A stretch of DNA of 64,000 bases, from the NCBI GenBank assembly GCA_010015585.1, contig ML975153.1; one strand, 5' to 3'. Of this stretch, positions 1 to 13,348 are shown piece after piece; position 1 is the stretch's first letter; each line of letters begins with the position of its first letter. The position numbers were made by a program, and so were the translations under genes. The DNA is from Eremomyces bilateralis CBS 781.70. Lineage: Eukaryota. The notes beneath the pieces were generated by a model. The model was not told the DNA's origin. It saw only the letters and a program-made list of their open reading frames with translations, and did not search any database.

Positions 1-342
1 ATCCTCAGGCTATTTGGTAGAGGACCATACCAATTAGGTATAGCGCGGTTCGTTGCCTCAGGCACTACCACGATGGCCTGAGCTTGCTGAGGTAAGCTAT
101 TTGTTCGAGGAGTGCATGTGACTTACCGATTAGGTATAGTCCCACTCCGGTGCCTTGGCACGACCACAAATAGCCTGAGCTTGCTGAGGTAACTTCTCAG
201 ACGGTACACAAGACAGTTGCACTCACGTGAGTAAATTTTACGCTAAACATGGGTCTAATCCGGTTCTGGTTTAGTTAAACCAGGGTCATGGCTTGGGTAA
301 CGTCTGAGCCCAAGCTGAGATAACCATGAAACACAGATATTC

Positions 343-604
343 TGTGACATTAATTATGGTCCCAGGCCTGTGGCCTGGGCCTTTGGGTGTGGCTGATTGC
401 CACAGAGGATGTGGCTGGTGGATTGTATAGGAGGATATCAGAAAAGCAAACATGGTGACACAGCATTAGGGCAGCAGGAGGGAGAGTCGCTACTTCGCGC
501 ACAAAGGCGCCGGGAGATTTCTACTTCTCTCTCTCTTTAGTTTAGATTAGCTACGGTAATGGAACTTGATAATCGCAGACCTTGCGCATCCAGACCCTGT
601 CACA
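343..604. mobile_element. Possible solo LTR (TG...CA)
   Basis: 262-bp segment starting TGTGACA and ending TGTCACA (short terminal inverted repeat). No target-site duplication (TSD) seen. Confidence 0.35.
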
Positions 605-1007
605 GGGAGAATGTTGAAAAGGAGGCTAAATTATTCCAGAAAGTCCTACTAAAAGTGCTTGAAAATTATGGAAATAATAACTTCTTTGCCTAATTAGCCT
701 CTTATATATTCTAGACTTAAATTAATGCCTTTGCAGTGCCTCTGTGTGGAGATGTAGGAGGGGGTGCATCTCTGTACCTAATTAGGAAATTCACGTGCTA
801 CACACAATTTTGGGAAGCTTGATTGTTTACAAAAGGGTCCCTAGCGGTTAGGATTTACGATCTACTCACCAACTTCCTTGGTGTCCATTCCCCCAGATGT
901 TTTTTTACAGGTTGCACGAATTAATTCTTCGTTAAGATCTGACTTTTCAAATCAACTTCCAGCTCGGCAGCTCTCTCTCTACAGTCTGATGCCAACGGAT
1001 ATTCATT

Positions 1008-3795
1008 ATGGCAGGAAACCTTCGAGAGGAGGGCAATGCCTTGTACAAGCAAAGAAAGTTCCTAGATGGTATTCTTCTGGTCTTTTGCTCTCGAAAAATA
1101 TTGATCCCCATTCTAATTACCACCACAGCTCTTCCACTCTACTATCAAGCTGCAAATACGGACCCAGAAGACTACCGCCCTTACCTCAACCTCAGTGCTG
1201 TCCTCTTTGAGCTCGGGAAGTACAAGCAGTCCGTCGAATATGGCCAGAAAGCACTCTCTACGATGAACGATGAAGTTCGCCAAGGGGTTTCTGGAGAACG
1301 TGTCTCCGCTCGCATTGCCAAAGCTCGTGTGGTGCTAAAAGACGCCGATAATTTCTCTACGACCGGCGAATCTAAGGGTCTCGATCCAAGACACCTTCCG
1401 CGCTACAAACCGACTATGTAAGTCTCAGTCACAGCTCAGCACAATATGCTAATCATTTACTCCCAGAGGTCGGCACTTGGAATTTTTTTCCGTGGGCCAT
1501 GACACTCCAATGAGTCTTCTCACTGAAGATATGTGCGAAGAATGCCCCGATGACGATCGCCTCGCATTCTTTTTTGGCGGTATTGGAGACGCCAGGCACT
1601 TTTACTACACGTTAACATTCTTTGCCGCATCGGAATATAGGAGAAAGACCACACGAAAAATACACTTCACTCTCAACGACATTCTTCCGGACGTCTTTGC
1701 TCGAGATCTGGTCTTCTTCATCCTTCTGGACGAACTCTCCTATGAAACCCAGAAAGCTCCTACAGACAAAGCTACACAGCTAGAATTGGACAAGAAAGTA
1801 GCTACGCTGTTTTACCTCTATCTCTGCCCGCTAGTTCCGACCTATGTCAACGATGAGCTTCAGCGAGTCATTCGCAAAACCATGTCGATGCTTGAAGGTC
1901 GAGGTCAAGAAAGGCTCCCTTCATGGATCTACTTCGCGCCAGTCACATGCAACACTATTATTCCACTCTTAAGATCATGGCAGTCCGATGTATTTGCTCT
2001 GCATTCAACTCGCGAGATCCAAACGAAGGCCAAGCTCGAGTCACAGAAATCTCGAATCAATATCGCGTCGCTTGTCGATCAGATGGGGATGGTTGGGTTA
2101 CATGACCAACAAGAGACCAACGAAGAGAAAGACTACTTTGCAACTATCATGGTCTCTCCACCGCCGAGACTTATCAATGCATTTGAGCAGGATCTAGGCA
2201 AGCTACTCGATTTGCCTCGCACGGAGTCGAGGCTCAATAAAATTGAGCAGTACATTGGCAAGAACTGGAAAGTCAACGCGACCATGTTTAACGTTGCCAG
2301 CGAGAAGGCTGGATATTTCAGTGATTGTGGAAATAATCCGTTTGAATTCGGAAAAGCTGTCAGCCTAGCAGTTGGTACTGAACATGGCCCAAAGCAGACT
2401 TCGGGATTATATGCTACCGGCTACTTGTTCTTCAGCTCAGTTGCCACGGCGCTGGCTGAATCAAGAGACCGCATTTTCGTTGAAACGCAACTTGGCGATG
2501 CAACGAAGTTGCTGGAGGATACGCGCATCGGGCTCGTACAGAACCGGGACTCGACATGGCCTATTCAGTACGATCATGTGCACTTAAGCAACGTCCCGTA
2601 AGTGCAGCCTCTGTAGTCACACCTGGTCAGAATTTTGTCTAACTTCACTAGCGACTATGTCGGTGGCCCTGTCGCATCATTTTTGTACGGTATTCCGATA
2701 CTCAAGTCAAAGAGTTATGCCAGGTACTCCTCGACATGCCTTCGGAATCCTTCCCATTTTCCGACGGTCGACCATTTCATAAGCGAATACCTTTGTCTTC
2801 AAGATTCGGAAACGACCAGAAAGATATTCCCCTACAAAGAACCATTTCTCGAGGGTCCAGAGGGTCCAGAAGATCCAGCGGATATCCCAGACCTTTTCTC
2901 TCAATCCGGTTACTGGAGTTGGTCCCGCATCCGTGACCCACCTCTGAACTTCACAGAACTTCTCAGCCGCAACGAAACCGAAACTTGGCTATATCAGCTT
3001 TCCCTCAAAACCATTCTCCCCGTTCCTCGCGAGCGCTACAGCTTCTCCCAAATCTTCTCGCCGCTAAACCTAACCATCATCTTCCGCGTCGCCATCTACC
3101 TGCACCAGACGGGTTACCCGGCCCATTGGCTCGCCGACGCCTTGGAAAACCTTCTCGCCAACACCGTCACCACCACCGCACGCCCAGCGCGCCGGAGCCC
3201 CCTCCGACCCACCGATCTTCGCAAGCCGGTCCCTGCTAAGCGTCTTACCTTTGCGCCGTTCCTAGCCGAGTTCCGCAGTCTGGCAGCGCAATGGGCTCCG
3301 GTGCTCCCGTTCGGCATTAGCAGCACACACATTCCCACGCGTGTCCGTCGCTACACACTGAACGTGTTCCCGCTCAACTCCGAGGATAAGGATGGCCACG
3401 GCCGCGTGCCCGCATTTGTATTGGTTTTCTGGAACCCTGCCCGGTTGGGCCCCGGCCGGATGATCTGGAGCATGGATTTGCGGAAGGTGCTGTTGCCGGA
3501 CGAGAAGGGCTCCACGGACCCGAGAGACGTGAGACTGCGGGAGAACGGCCTTGCGATCCTTGCCGTGTGGGAGTTTGACCCGGCTAACGACGAGGCGCAT
3601 TTCTGGATCGATGAGGATGCGATGGAAAAGTGGAAGCGGGAGGACTGGATGGTGCAGATTTGGAGGGATGATACGTATAGGCCGGTTTCGACGCCGCTTC
3701 CTGTGAGGCAAGTCCCTAGAGGGTCAGCGATAGAGGGATTCATGACTTCTTTCCCTACCAATGGGCTTACCGAAGGGGAGTACTGGTCCATTTGA
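1008..3795 (+). CDS. TPR-repeat / DUF4470-domain fungal protein (multi-exon)
   Basis: N-terminal TPR-like helices (LREEGNALYK...PYLNLSAVLFELGKY) followed by the DUF4470-like motif FFGGIGDARHFYYT...HFTLND...ARD. GT-AG introns at ~1069-1128, ~1418-1466 and ~2598-2651 join three ORFs. Confidence 0.75.
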
Positions 3796-4399
3796 CGTTA
3801 GGGTGAGAGTTTTGACGACTGTTTTTCTGGAAGCCTTGTGTTATCGCGTTAGCGATTGTTTTATTCACTGCTTGATCAGTGGTGTCGAGTAAGATCAGGT
3901 GCCGGATTCTCTATACTTCTTCCTTGATTTTACGGACGTTATCATTGTCTAGACCCTGGCTGTCGTACAATGAGAGTAGCTACTTCTCGCTATCAAAACA
4001 TCCGAAACATGCTCCCAGCAGCAAGTACTCATCTTAAGACTAGTCATACGGATTATCGGCTCCAGATTGCCTTCGACGACACGGTCAAGCGGAGGGCAGT
4101 GGCCGATCTACCTACCAATGCGAATACGGCTCGCGAGCGAAAGCGTCTGATTGATTGATTTTGTCGCATTTCGCGGGGGTGATGATTAAGCACGATCGCT
4201 GCTTAAGCTCAGTTACTGTAGTCACAACGCAAATTGGTATTGACGATTCCCATTGTCTAGCTAAGGGATCTAGCTAGTAAACCAGATGAAGGTAACTTAA
4301 ATACATAGGAGAAGACTGAGGAGTCCTGATTAGGCCTAGCCCAGGGGTAGAGGGCAGCGAAAGGAATGTTAGGTAGCAGTACAAACCAACAGGGGCATC

Positions 4400-5078
4400 T
4401 TGCGACATCTGGTTCCCTGTACGTATCCTCCTTTCAAGCGCCTGTAATAAGAGTCTTTTATGCTCTTTAAGCGGCTGCTGGCTTTCTCAGGCGTAGCCTC
4501 ACTAAAGGTATAACCAGGTATCGTCCGGCTCGCGGTGTAGGACGTCGCGAACGTATAGAGAGGATGTGAGTGTAGGCCATAGGCATGATAAGTCCAGGTG
4601 TTCCGTACTCCTTGAAGAGCCACATGGCGTAGCCGCGCTTGTAGATAGTTCTGTCCGACAATGGAACCGTATCATCGAGGGGCTTGCTCTAGAAGCTACC
4701 TAGAAGCTCCTTTGCCTCTTGTTCTCCGGCTTCGCCCTTTCTAATAGTGCGTTGTGGCGCCATAGTCAAAGACGTTTCTTGGAATAGACGTAGATAACTT
4801 TGGCTGCTTGGAGCGTTGATAGCGTCGACTACCTCTGGAACTGAAGGAGAGTACTGTAGAACTGTGAACAGGACTTCTGACTGGGAGCGAGACTGGAAAT
4901 CTAGGGAGAAAAGGTATCTTTGCGATCCTTACTAGTCTGTATTTTCGACGGTCCCTCGTCTTTCGGCGGTATTGACCCTCTATTTTCGACCTCCTTTCCA
5001 CCGCTAGAAGACCATAGGGGAACTCCTATTGCTGTATATTTTTATTTTTTTATGACCATTGTGTCAAATTTTTTAGTG
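4400..5078 (-). pseudogene. Relic element end plus degenerate N-terminus of a probable DUF3435 captain-type recombinase (copy 1)
   Basis: Reads MAPQRTIRKGEAGEQEAKELLGSF*SKPLDDTVPLSDRTIYKRGYAMWLFKE, then YVRDVLHREPDDTWLYL**. Clearly homologous, in inverted orientation, to 52118-52870. Family assignment is from recalled resemblance only. Confidence 0.45.
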
Positions 5079-6325
5079 GGCGGCATGGATCTATGGTCGT
5101 TTATGGTGTGAAAAGCTTCAATTATTAGTACATACGGCCACATCAACCTGAACAAAATGAGGACGACGGAGCAAGTCCATCTATTTTGTAAGGGCAAGAC
5201 CCTCCAGGACTCCACAGAGCGACTCCGCTCCAGCCCATCCACGGCAGCTCTCCAACGCGAATTTTATATGATGTTCCATGATTTGGAGCATCCGCCCCTC
5301 ATCCATTCGTCCAGTTTGTTCTCCCACTCTGTTGCGGGTGTTGGGTCGTGGGTGGTCCGCCTGCTGGAGACGCGTCGGGGACGCGTCTTTGGCCTGTGGG
5401 CCCTTCCCCCTCGTGCGCCCTTCAACCATGATAGTTGAGAAGGCTGCAATAGTTGATTATAGGTGAATGAAGTGTGTAGAATCGATTACGACCCTAATCT
5501 CAGCGAATTTCCAAGTTGTGGGCTGTCTGCAGAAAAATGTTCTTATCCTTCAGATAGGAATTATGGTTCCCGTGTAGCACCGTCCCATAATTTTATTTAG
5601 AAAAGACATAAAACGAATCAATCTAAGAAATAAAATCCCGTTATTATGCTAGAGAGCCTTTATTCAAGACATGCGTCGAGTTGGAGGCGATCTTAAATAT
5701 TTCTATCACGCAGGTCGGTACTTACAGCCGATCAAACTTCCCCTTTCGGCGATCTATATAGTTACGGGAATATGGCATAAATAACTTATCGTTATCGTAA
5801 ACTATCGCTGTTAAGCCAGACTGTCTAATTCTCTACCGAACCTTGGCAGACTCACGCTCTTAGGTATCGCGGAGTGTCCATGTGGGAAGGAAACCAGCGT
5901 GACAAGTACGTTGGATACTTAGATAGACTACTAATTAACTTAGACATGAATTTGAACTACCATCCACATGTCCGTGCTTTTCGATGACCTCTATCTGAGA
6001 CGATCCTAAACGGACGTCAGCTATGTGCATCCTCGACTTCTCGATATAACATGCCAACTACAGTGATGTTAGACATGCACAAGAGGACGGAGGAGAGGCG
6101 TTACAGATTGTCAGCATCACTAAGCCACAATTCTGTAGATATCAACTAGTCTTAGTGTCGCTCAGCCTTGCGTAACCGAAACCTCCGCAGCCTTGTCCCT
6201 GATGACATTGTTCATCGCCGTCCGTCTTGATGTGACTACGATCCAGCTAATATGTCATTCGAATTTCCCAGACCAGCCGTCACGATTCCTCGATAACGAC
6301 AATCTATCGATTATTGCGACCAACG

Positions 6326-9300
6326 ATGCGCCTCTTAAAGCTTAACGGCAACGGCGGCTTCATCCTGGAGACCTTCAGAACCACGATCCCTCCGTATGCC
6401 ATACTTTCTCACACATGGGGAAGCGACAGCGATGAAGTCACATTCAAGGACGTCGCGGATGGTGCTGGGAAGAATAAGGCGGGGTACCAGAAGCTGGTAT
6501 TCTGCGGAGATCAAGCCAAATCCGACGATCTATCGTATTTCTGGGTGGATACATGCTGCATCGATAAGTCAGATCACCACGAACTTACAGAGGCGATCAA
6601 CTCCATGTTTCGGTGGTACCAGAATGCGGCGCGATGCTACGTCTATCTTTCAGACGTCTCGGTACGCACGCAGGATGGCCTGGTTTCTCATATCGAATGG
6701 CAGTCCTCTTTTCGTAACAGTCGATGGTTCATACGAGGATGGACACTCCAAGAGCTTCTCGCGCCGGGAATAGTCGAATTCTACTCCCGAGATCACGTCC
6801 GACTAGGCGATAGAAGGTCACTAGAACGGAATATCTGCGACAGAACAGGAATCGCCATAGCGGCACTCCAAGGCCGTCCTCTCCATGACTTCAGCGTCGA
6901 GGAGAGGTTTCGATGGGTAGAGAAGCGACAAACCACCAAGGAAGAGGATATAGCATACTGTCTTCTTGGAATTTTTAACGTTTTCTTGCCGCTTATCTAT
7001 GGCGAAGGGCGAGAGCATGCAATGAGAAGACTGCGACGAGAGATCGAGGACTCTAAGCATAATAGCTCGCGACCATGTGAGATCTTTATTTTCGAGTGTG
7101 CGTATCCATTTGCTAATGTGCTCCATTTTATAGCCCGAAAGTTAGCACGTACCATCCCGTTCGAACGTAATCTTCGCTTCACCGGTCGCGAATCCGAGCT
7201 TTCTCAAATTGAAAAGCTACTCTTCCGGCATGACCAAACCACAAAGGTCGCAATCACTGGACTTGGAGGCGTAGGAAAGACGCAATTAGCGATCGAGACA
7301 GTCTATCGGATCATGGAGAAATGGAGTAATTACTCAGTATTCTGGATTCCCGCGACAGATTCCGAAACTCTTCTTCAGGCGTACTCGACAATCGCCCAAG
7401 AGTTGGATATACCCGGAAGAAATGAGCAAGGAGTAGACGTGAAGCGTCTCGTTCAGAATTACCTCAGTAACGAAGACGCAGGCCAGTGGCTCGTGGTGTT
7501 TGACAACGCCGACGACATAGATATGTGGATGGGAAAATCAGCTGAGAGAAAATCTATCGGTCTCCTCGACTACCTTCCAAAGAGCAGGCAAGGGAATATC
7601 CTCTTTACTACGCGGGATAGGAAAATTGCTACTAAGCTGACGTTTCAGAACGTAGTAGAAGTGCAGGAAATGAACTCAGAGGTGGCTTCGGAGCTATTAC
7701 AGAAATGCTTAATCGGACACGATGTAGCGGCCTGCCAAACCGATACGGAAACCTTACTCTTACAACTGACTTACCTCCCGCTCGCGATTATCCAAGCAGT
7801 AGGGTATATCAATGCAAACGGCATCTCGATCGCGGACTATCTTTCCTTACTTAACGAGCAGGATGAGTCTATAATTGAGCTTCTTAGCGAAGACTTTGAA
7901 GACGAAGGCAGATACCGCAATATCAAGAACCCGGTAGCTATAACATGGCTGATATCGTTCGAGCGAATTCAGCAGCACGATTCTTTAGCAGCAGACTATT
8001 TATCTTTTATGGCATGTATTGAGCCAAAAGATATCCCACAGAGTCTTTTTCCACCTGGCCCATCTCGCAAGAAGGAGATAGACGCTCTCGGGACGCTTCA
8101 CGCATATTCGTTTATTAGTAAACGTCCAGCAGATCTCACAGTCGATCTTCATCGGTTAGTGCATATAGCTACTCGGAACTGGCTTCAAGAGAACGGCCAC
8201 TTGGCCCAGTGGACAGAGAAAGCAGTGGGGCGGCTAGAGGAAGTCTTTCCTAGCAATACGCACACTAACAGGAGTATATGGAGGGCATACCTGCCGCACG
8301 TGCGCGTTGTACTACAATCTGACCTCGTCCAGAAGGAGTCGAAGAAGAGGATAGATCTCCAATGGAGATATGGAACGTGTCTCGACGCCGACGGACGATG
8401 GAGTGAGGCAGAGGTCGTTTATTCCCAGATTTACGAGATAGAAGAGAAAGTGCTTGGCACAGAGCACCCAGACACGCTGACCAGCATGGCCAATCTGGCG
8501 TCGACTTATAGGAATCAAGGCCGGTGGGATGCAGCGGAAGAGCTGGAGGTGCAAGTGATGGNNNNNNNNNNNNNNNNNNNNNNNNNNNNNNNNNNNNNNN
8601 NNNNNNNNNNNNNNNNNNNNNNNNNNNNNNNNNNNNNNNNNNNNNNNNNNNNNNNNNNNNNNNNNNNNNNNNNNNNNNNNNNNNNNNNNNNNNNNNNNNN
8701 NNNNNNNNNNNNNNNNNNNNNNNNNNNNNNNNNNNNNNNNNNNNNNNNNNNNNNNNNNNNNNNNNNNNNNNNNNNNNNNNNNNNNNNNNNNTCCTTCCAC
8801 GCTGACCAGCATGGCCAATCTGGCGTCGACTCTTTGGAATCAAGGTCGGTGGGATGCAGCGGAAGAGCTGGAGGTGCAAGTGATGGAGACTCGCAAGACG
8901 AAGCTGGGAGCGGGCCATCCAGACACGCTGACCAGCATGGCCAATCTGGCGTCGACTCTTTGGAATCAAGGCCGGTGGGATGCAGCGGAAGAGCTNNNNN
9001 NNNNNNNNNNNNNNNNNNNNNNNNNNNNNNNNNNNNNNNNNNNNNNNNNNNNNNNNNNNNNNNNNNNNNNNNNNNNNNNNNNNNNNNNNNNNNNNNNNNN
9101 NNNNNNNNNNNNNNNNNNNNNNNNNNNNNNNNNNNNNNNNNNNNNNNNNNNNNNNNNNNNNNNNNNNNNNNNNNNNNNNNNNNNNNNNNNNNNNNNNNNN
9201 NNNNNNNNNNNNNNNNNNNNNNNNNNNNNNNNNNNNNNNNNNNNNNNNNNNNNNNNNNNNNNNNNNNNNNNNNNNNNNNNNNNNNNNNNNNNNNNNNNNN

Positions 9301-9905
9301 NNNNNNNNNNNNNNNNNNNNNNNNNNNNNNNNNNNNNNNNNNNNNNNNNNNNNNNNNNNNNNNNNNNNNNNNNNNNNNNNNNNNNNNNNNNNNNNNNNNN
9401 NNNNNNNNNNNNNNNNNNNNNNNNNNNNNNNNNNNNNNNNNNNNNNNNNNNNNNNNNNNNNNNNNNNNNNNNNNNNNNNNNNNNNNNNNNNNNNNNNNNN
9501 NNNNNNNNNNNNGTGCAAGTGATGGAGACTCGCAAGACGAAGCTGGGAGCAGACCATCCAGACACGCTGACCAGCATAGCCAATCTAGCGTCGACTTACA
9601 GGAATCAAGGTCGGTGGGATGCAGCGGAAGAGCTGGAGGTGCAAGTGATGGAGACTCGCAAAACGAAGCTGGGAGCGGACCATCCAGACACGCTGACCAG
9701 CATGAACAATCTTGCTTTCACGTGGAAAGCACAAGGTCGAGCTACAGAGGCGATACGTCTAATGACAGAATGTGTACAGCTTCGAGATCGAGTTCTAGGA
9801 ACTAGACATCCCCATTTCATTTCCTCCTCGAAAATATTGGCAGACTGGGAGGCAGACCGAATAGAAGAAAGCAGTGAGCAAGATGATACTGGTGCTATCA
9901 GGTAG
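6326..9905 (+). CDS. NLR-like protein: HET domain + NB-ARC + TPR repeats (TPR array broken by N-gaps)
   Basis: HET motifs YAILSHTWG, FWVDTCCIDK and RGWTLQEL; Walker A GLGGVGKT; Walker B WLVVFDNAD; LPLAIIQA; 42-aa TPR repeats (HPDTLTSMANLAST..NQGRWDAAEELEVQVM). Probable in-frame intron at 7077-7133. Confidence 0.9.
8440..9720 (+). repeat. Near-identical 126-bp TPR-coding tandem repeats
   Basis: Units such as ccagacacgctgaccagcatggccaatctggcgtcgact...gcagcggaagagctggaggtgcaagtgatgg recur on both sides of two assembly gaps. Confidence 0.9.
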
Positions 9906-10854
9906 GATTGCGGCGGCTGAAATCTTAAATGTATACAGTGTTGAGATGATTGGCAGGTCTTCATAATGCTGCTGGAACTTCGCAAGACCTGCTCACTTGC
10001 TATGAGAAATTTACCTCGAGTAATTTACCTCACATGGGAAGAGGCTATGGTATTGCTGGGCGATGACACTCGTACATCCACACAGCGAACTCTGCCTCAC
10101 CCAATGGCGCTAGCCTGCCCAGTCCCGATAGAGAATAGAGTCTCTGGAGGGACCGGGCTAGATTACGGCTGAAATACTTACGCGAAAGTCCCGTGGCTGT
10201 ATGGGTCGCCGAAAGCGGAAGCTTGATCGGTCGCATGTACCAGCCTGCGTGGTGGAAATTTCTAAAATTGCTTTAAACACAGCGCATACCACGGATGAAG
10301 GCGTTCTAACATCATATCGGAGTTTTGTGTCTTAGATTAGTCCATTCATGACTTTTTCCAATGGAAAATTGGATGATGGTGGTGTAGCAGGGAAATACTG
10401 TCGCGCCGTCTAAGGTGCACTTCAAATACACCCCGGGAAAGCAGCTAACTTGCAGCCAAGCAATCGTAACTTTTGAGATGCACATAGTTTTTAAAGTCTA
10501 GAAACGATGAAAAAGCGAAGTTCACGTAAATTTATAAGAGCTGCAACTTTGACGATGCAGGTGTGTCTTGGCATAATTTATGTAGATTCCCTGAATCAAA
10601 GGATTTCGTAAACCAGAAGAACTTGACCTTTATTAGAACTGTAGAGCACGTGCATAAAGATAAGAGATAAGTAGACTACAGATAGATCCTCTAAAATAGA
10701 AGCGCAATGAAGAAGCAGTAATAGACGACTAGCTACGAAATCGCGAAGATACTTCGAATTAGAACTGATAGAGATAAAGAAATAACCATGTTCCTCGATC
10801 GTAACGCCTCCGCTTCAATCAGCGGGCCAAGCGTCGATAACTTAGTATTAAAGT

Positions 10855-13348
10855 TCACGATACTGTCCCATGGATCTTCATCGCGTGGTTTTGCAAGTGC
10901 ATCTTACAGTTGAGCAATATATTGCAAACCCTGCAGTCGATCCTCTCGCCGTCCCTGATATTGGATAAGTGTTTTCGCCGAAAGTGCTTGCTAAGATCAG
11001 AGGGGATGCTGAAAGAATAAACCCGTGTAGTAAGCGGTAAAGCGACATTACCAAGACAAAGAAAACATATCGTCGGTCGCTTTTCCTTAAACACCGACAA
11101 CATAGCGGCCTCTATTTCCTTCTCCATTGGCTCAGCGGAAGCTGCTGATCGGTAGTCATCCTCCTTTTTAATCAATAGGCGCTTCGTCTGGCCTCGAGAG
11201 CGCGTTCGGCTTTTGGGTGTATCGCCTTCTTCGATTTTGCAATACTCTGTGACGGCGATAATGGCCTCGCTCCGCCGCCGGAACTCCTCCTCGAGAGTGT
11301 TCCCTGGTGGGGCAAGTATAAGCGCCTCGATCAATCTCTTCTGTTCCGGCAGTGTCTCGCCCCTGAAGTAGGACGCAACCGTTGGCTTTTGAGTTTTGAC
11401 TGATCTTCACGCCCGACAGCTGGCGTTCAATCGCTCGTACCGGGCCTTCCTTCTCATACTTCTCTTGAAGTTCTGCAAGGAGTGATGCCCGAAGGCGTTG
11501 CTTCTCACCTATGATCGTCTTGTTGTGTTCAATGTACTTAATATGCTTCGGCCCGTAGCGACGCTTTAGTCTGTCCCGATCCTGCAGCAGGGAACGAATA
11601 AGCGGGTTTTGGTTCACCGAGTCTGCCTGCTCTGCAGTCAGGCCCCAGGGCTGATTCGGGTCAATCCATCGGCTCATGTTACAAGCCGCTTGCATGACTG
11701 CATCTTGGGGCTGGAGTCGCCGCACAATTGCAGCAGCGTCCACGGTCACTCGTCGATGGAGGTAGTGTTTTAATGCAGCAGCGTCCACGGTCACTCGTCG
11801 ATGGAGGTAGTGTTTTAAGAACGTCCGCGGATCACCGTGCTGCATCATCAGGTTCTGGAGCGCCTCGCTGACGTTGCCTACCAAAGAACACCACTCGCAT
11901 CAGCCAAATAGAGCGTTAAGGGGAGGCCACATACCGTTTTCATTAAAAGCCTTTCCAGCACCATATCGGAGTGCGTATGGGCGCAGAAGCAGCTTGAACC
12001 CAGTAAGCTCGCCGACCTTCTTCATCGCATACCGGATCGTTGAGTACTCTAGTGGCTCGTCCTTCGATATCTCCCATCCCTCTGGCGTTTTAATAGCTTT
12101 GCGAAAGATCGGCACATCGTCTAGGTCAGATCGTAGCGGCAGTAGTAGTTGGTTATGACCTGGCTCGATATCCAGCCTGCTAAGCTGCTTCGGGGAGGTA
12201 AGGCTTGGTGCTGCGAAAGCTTGGTCATCGAAAATCAAACCCAGCAGGAGCACATGTGGGCTGTAGATTAAAGACGGATCATATATGATCTCTGGGATCG
12301 GAAATGTATTCCTACGCACCAGTAAGTAGGTTGCATAAAAAGAAGAGCAGCTGTAAGGGAGGAAATATAAGGAAATTCAACGCACATATCCTTAATACCA
12401 AGGAAGCTCTTTGTAAACTCGAATGCAAATCCAAGGAGAATCCGATTCGGCCCGCCTTCAGGGTCTCGCAGTAATGTAACTCTAATGTGTCGGTAGCAGA
12501 GGTTTAGTAATGCCCCAGGACGATTAGCCGTAAAACCCCCAATTTGCATGAAAAGCTGCATCTCGACCCGGATTCTCCCATGTGAGTATCGTTTTTTGAC
12601 TGCGCACAAATTTGTCCGCAGCGCTTCTTTCAGATCCTCGACATACATGCGCGGCTTTTCCCTGGCTCCCTTTTTCAATCCCGTGTCTCTTCGCCAGCTT
12701 TCGCAGCACCTGAAAGACAGCGTTAAAATGGACCGATGATACTACGGCACGAGCTGTCATACCGTATGCATCCCACGCGTCGTCGGTCGAACCGTTAATC
12801 TTGTCGCCAGTGGCTCGCTCGTACGTAAGCCAATAGATTTTCCAGTATGTCCCTAAAGAACTAGCTAGTTTAGTCCCTCGAAGTCGCCGTCCCTCCTTCC
12901 CGCGGCGTTGGCTGAGCAGCCAGTGGAAAAAGTTGTGCAATACGTTGATTGATATGGTCTGGTACATCTTCTTGGGGTCTTTTCCGATATACGCACAGTA
13001 TCTATCCAGCGTCAGAGAAATATAGCAATATAGCATAGAAGGCCATGCTGCTTACTGGTACCATTGCGCTTCGCTCCGGTCGAGGAGGAGGGTAGTACCA
13101 TCGCTATAATCCTCCTTGGTATACTCGGAGTCGTCAAAGTCATCCAGCAGCTGATTGTAGTACTCTGGTGGATGCTCATTGCCTTCGAGTAGCCATGCTG
13201 ACCCTTTGTTAAGGCCTTCGTCCGAGTCATAACCTGAGGTATCCGGCGTATCGTTCAGATTCGTTCGGTGTGCCGACGAGTCGTCGTCAGATTGCGAGCT
13301 GGTACTGTCCCCGTCAGACCAGGAATCGTCCACGGTCGGGCGACGCAT
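10855..13348 (-). pseudogene. DUF3435 tyrosine recombinase with C-terminal C2H2 finger (Starship captain-type), frameshifted
   Basis: Tyrosine-recombinase-like motifs FTANRPGALL, RPYALRYG and MMQH..RTFLKHY; SLGTYWK; C-terminal RPTICFLC...LSKHFRRKH...CRVC...HLQNHAMKIHGT. Introns are present, with apparent frameshifts near 12780, 12680 and 11370 and an internal 45-bp duplication. Confidence 0.8.
11729..11818. repeat. Perfect 45-bp tandem duplication inside the recombinase gene
   Basis: tgcagcagcgtccacggtcactcgtcgatggaggtagtgttttaa occurs twice, duplicating LKHYLHRRVTVDAAA. Confidence 0.95.

Noticed and set aside
8..193. CRISPR-like repeat-spacer array
   Set aside because: Eukaryotic context, only two degenerate units, and no cas genes.
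8265..9805. Long ORFs and apparent frameshifts spanning N runs
   Set aside because: Artefacts of estimated gap lengths. The TPR frame is consistent on each side of the gaps.
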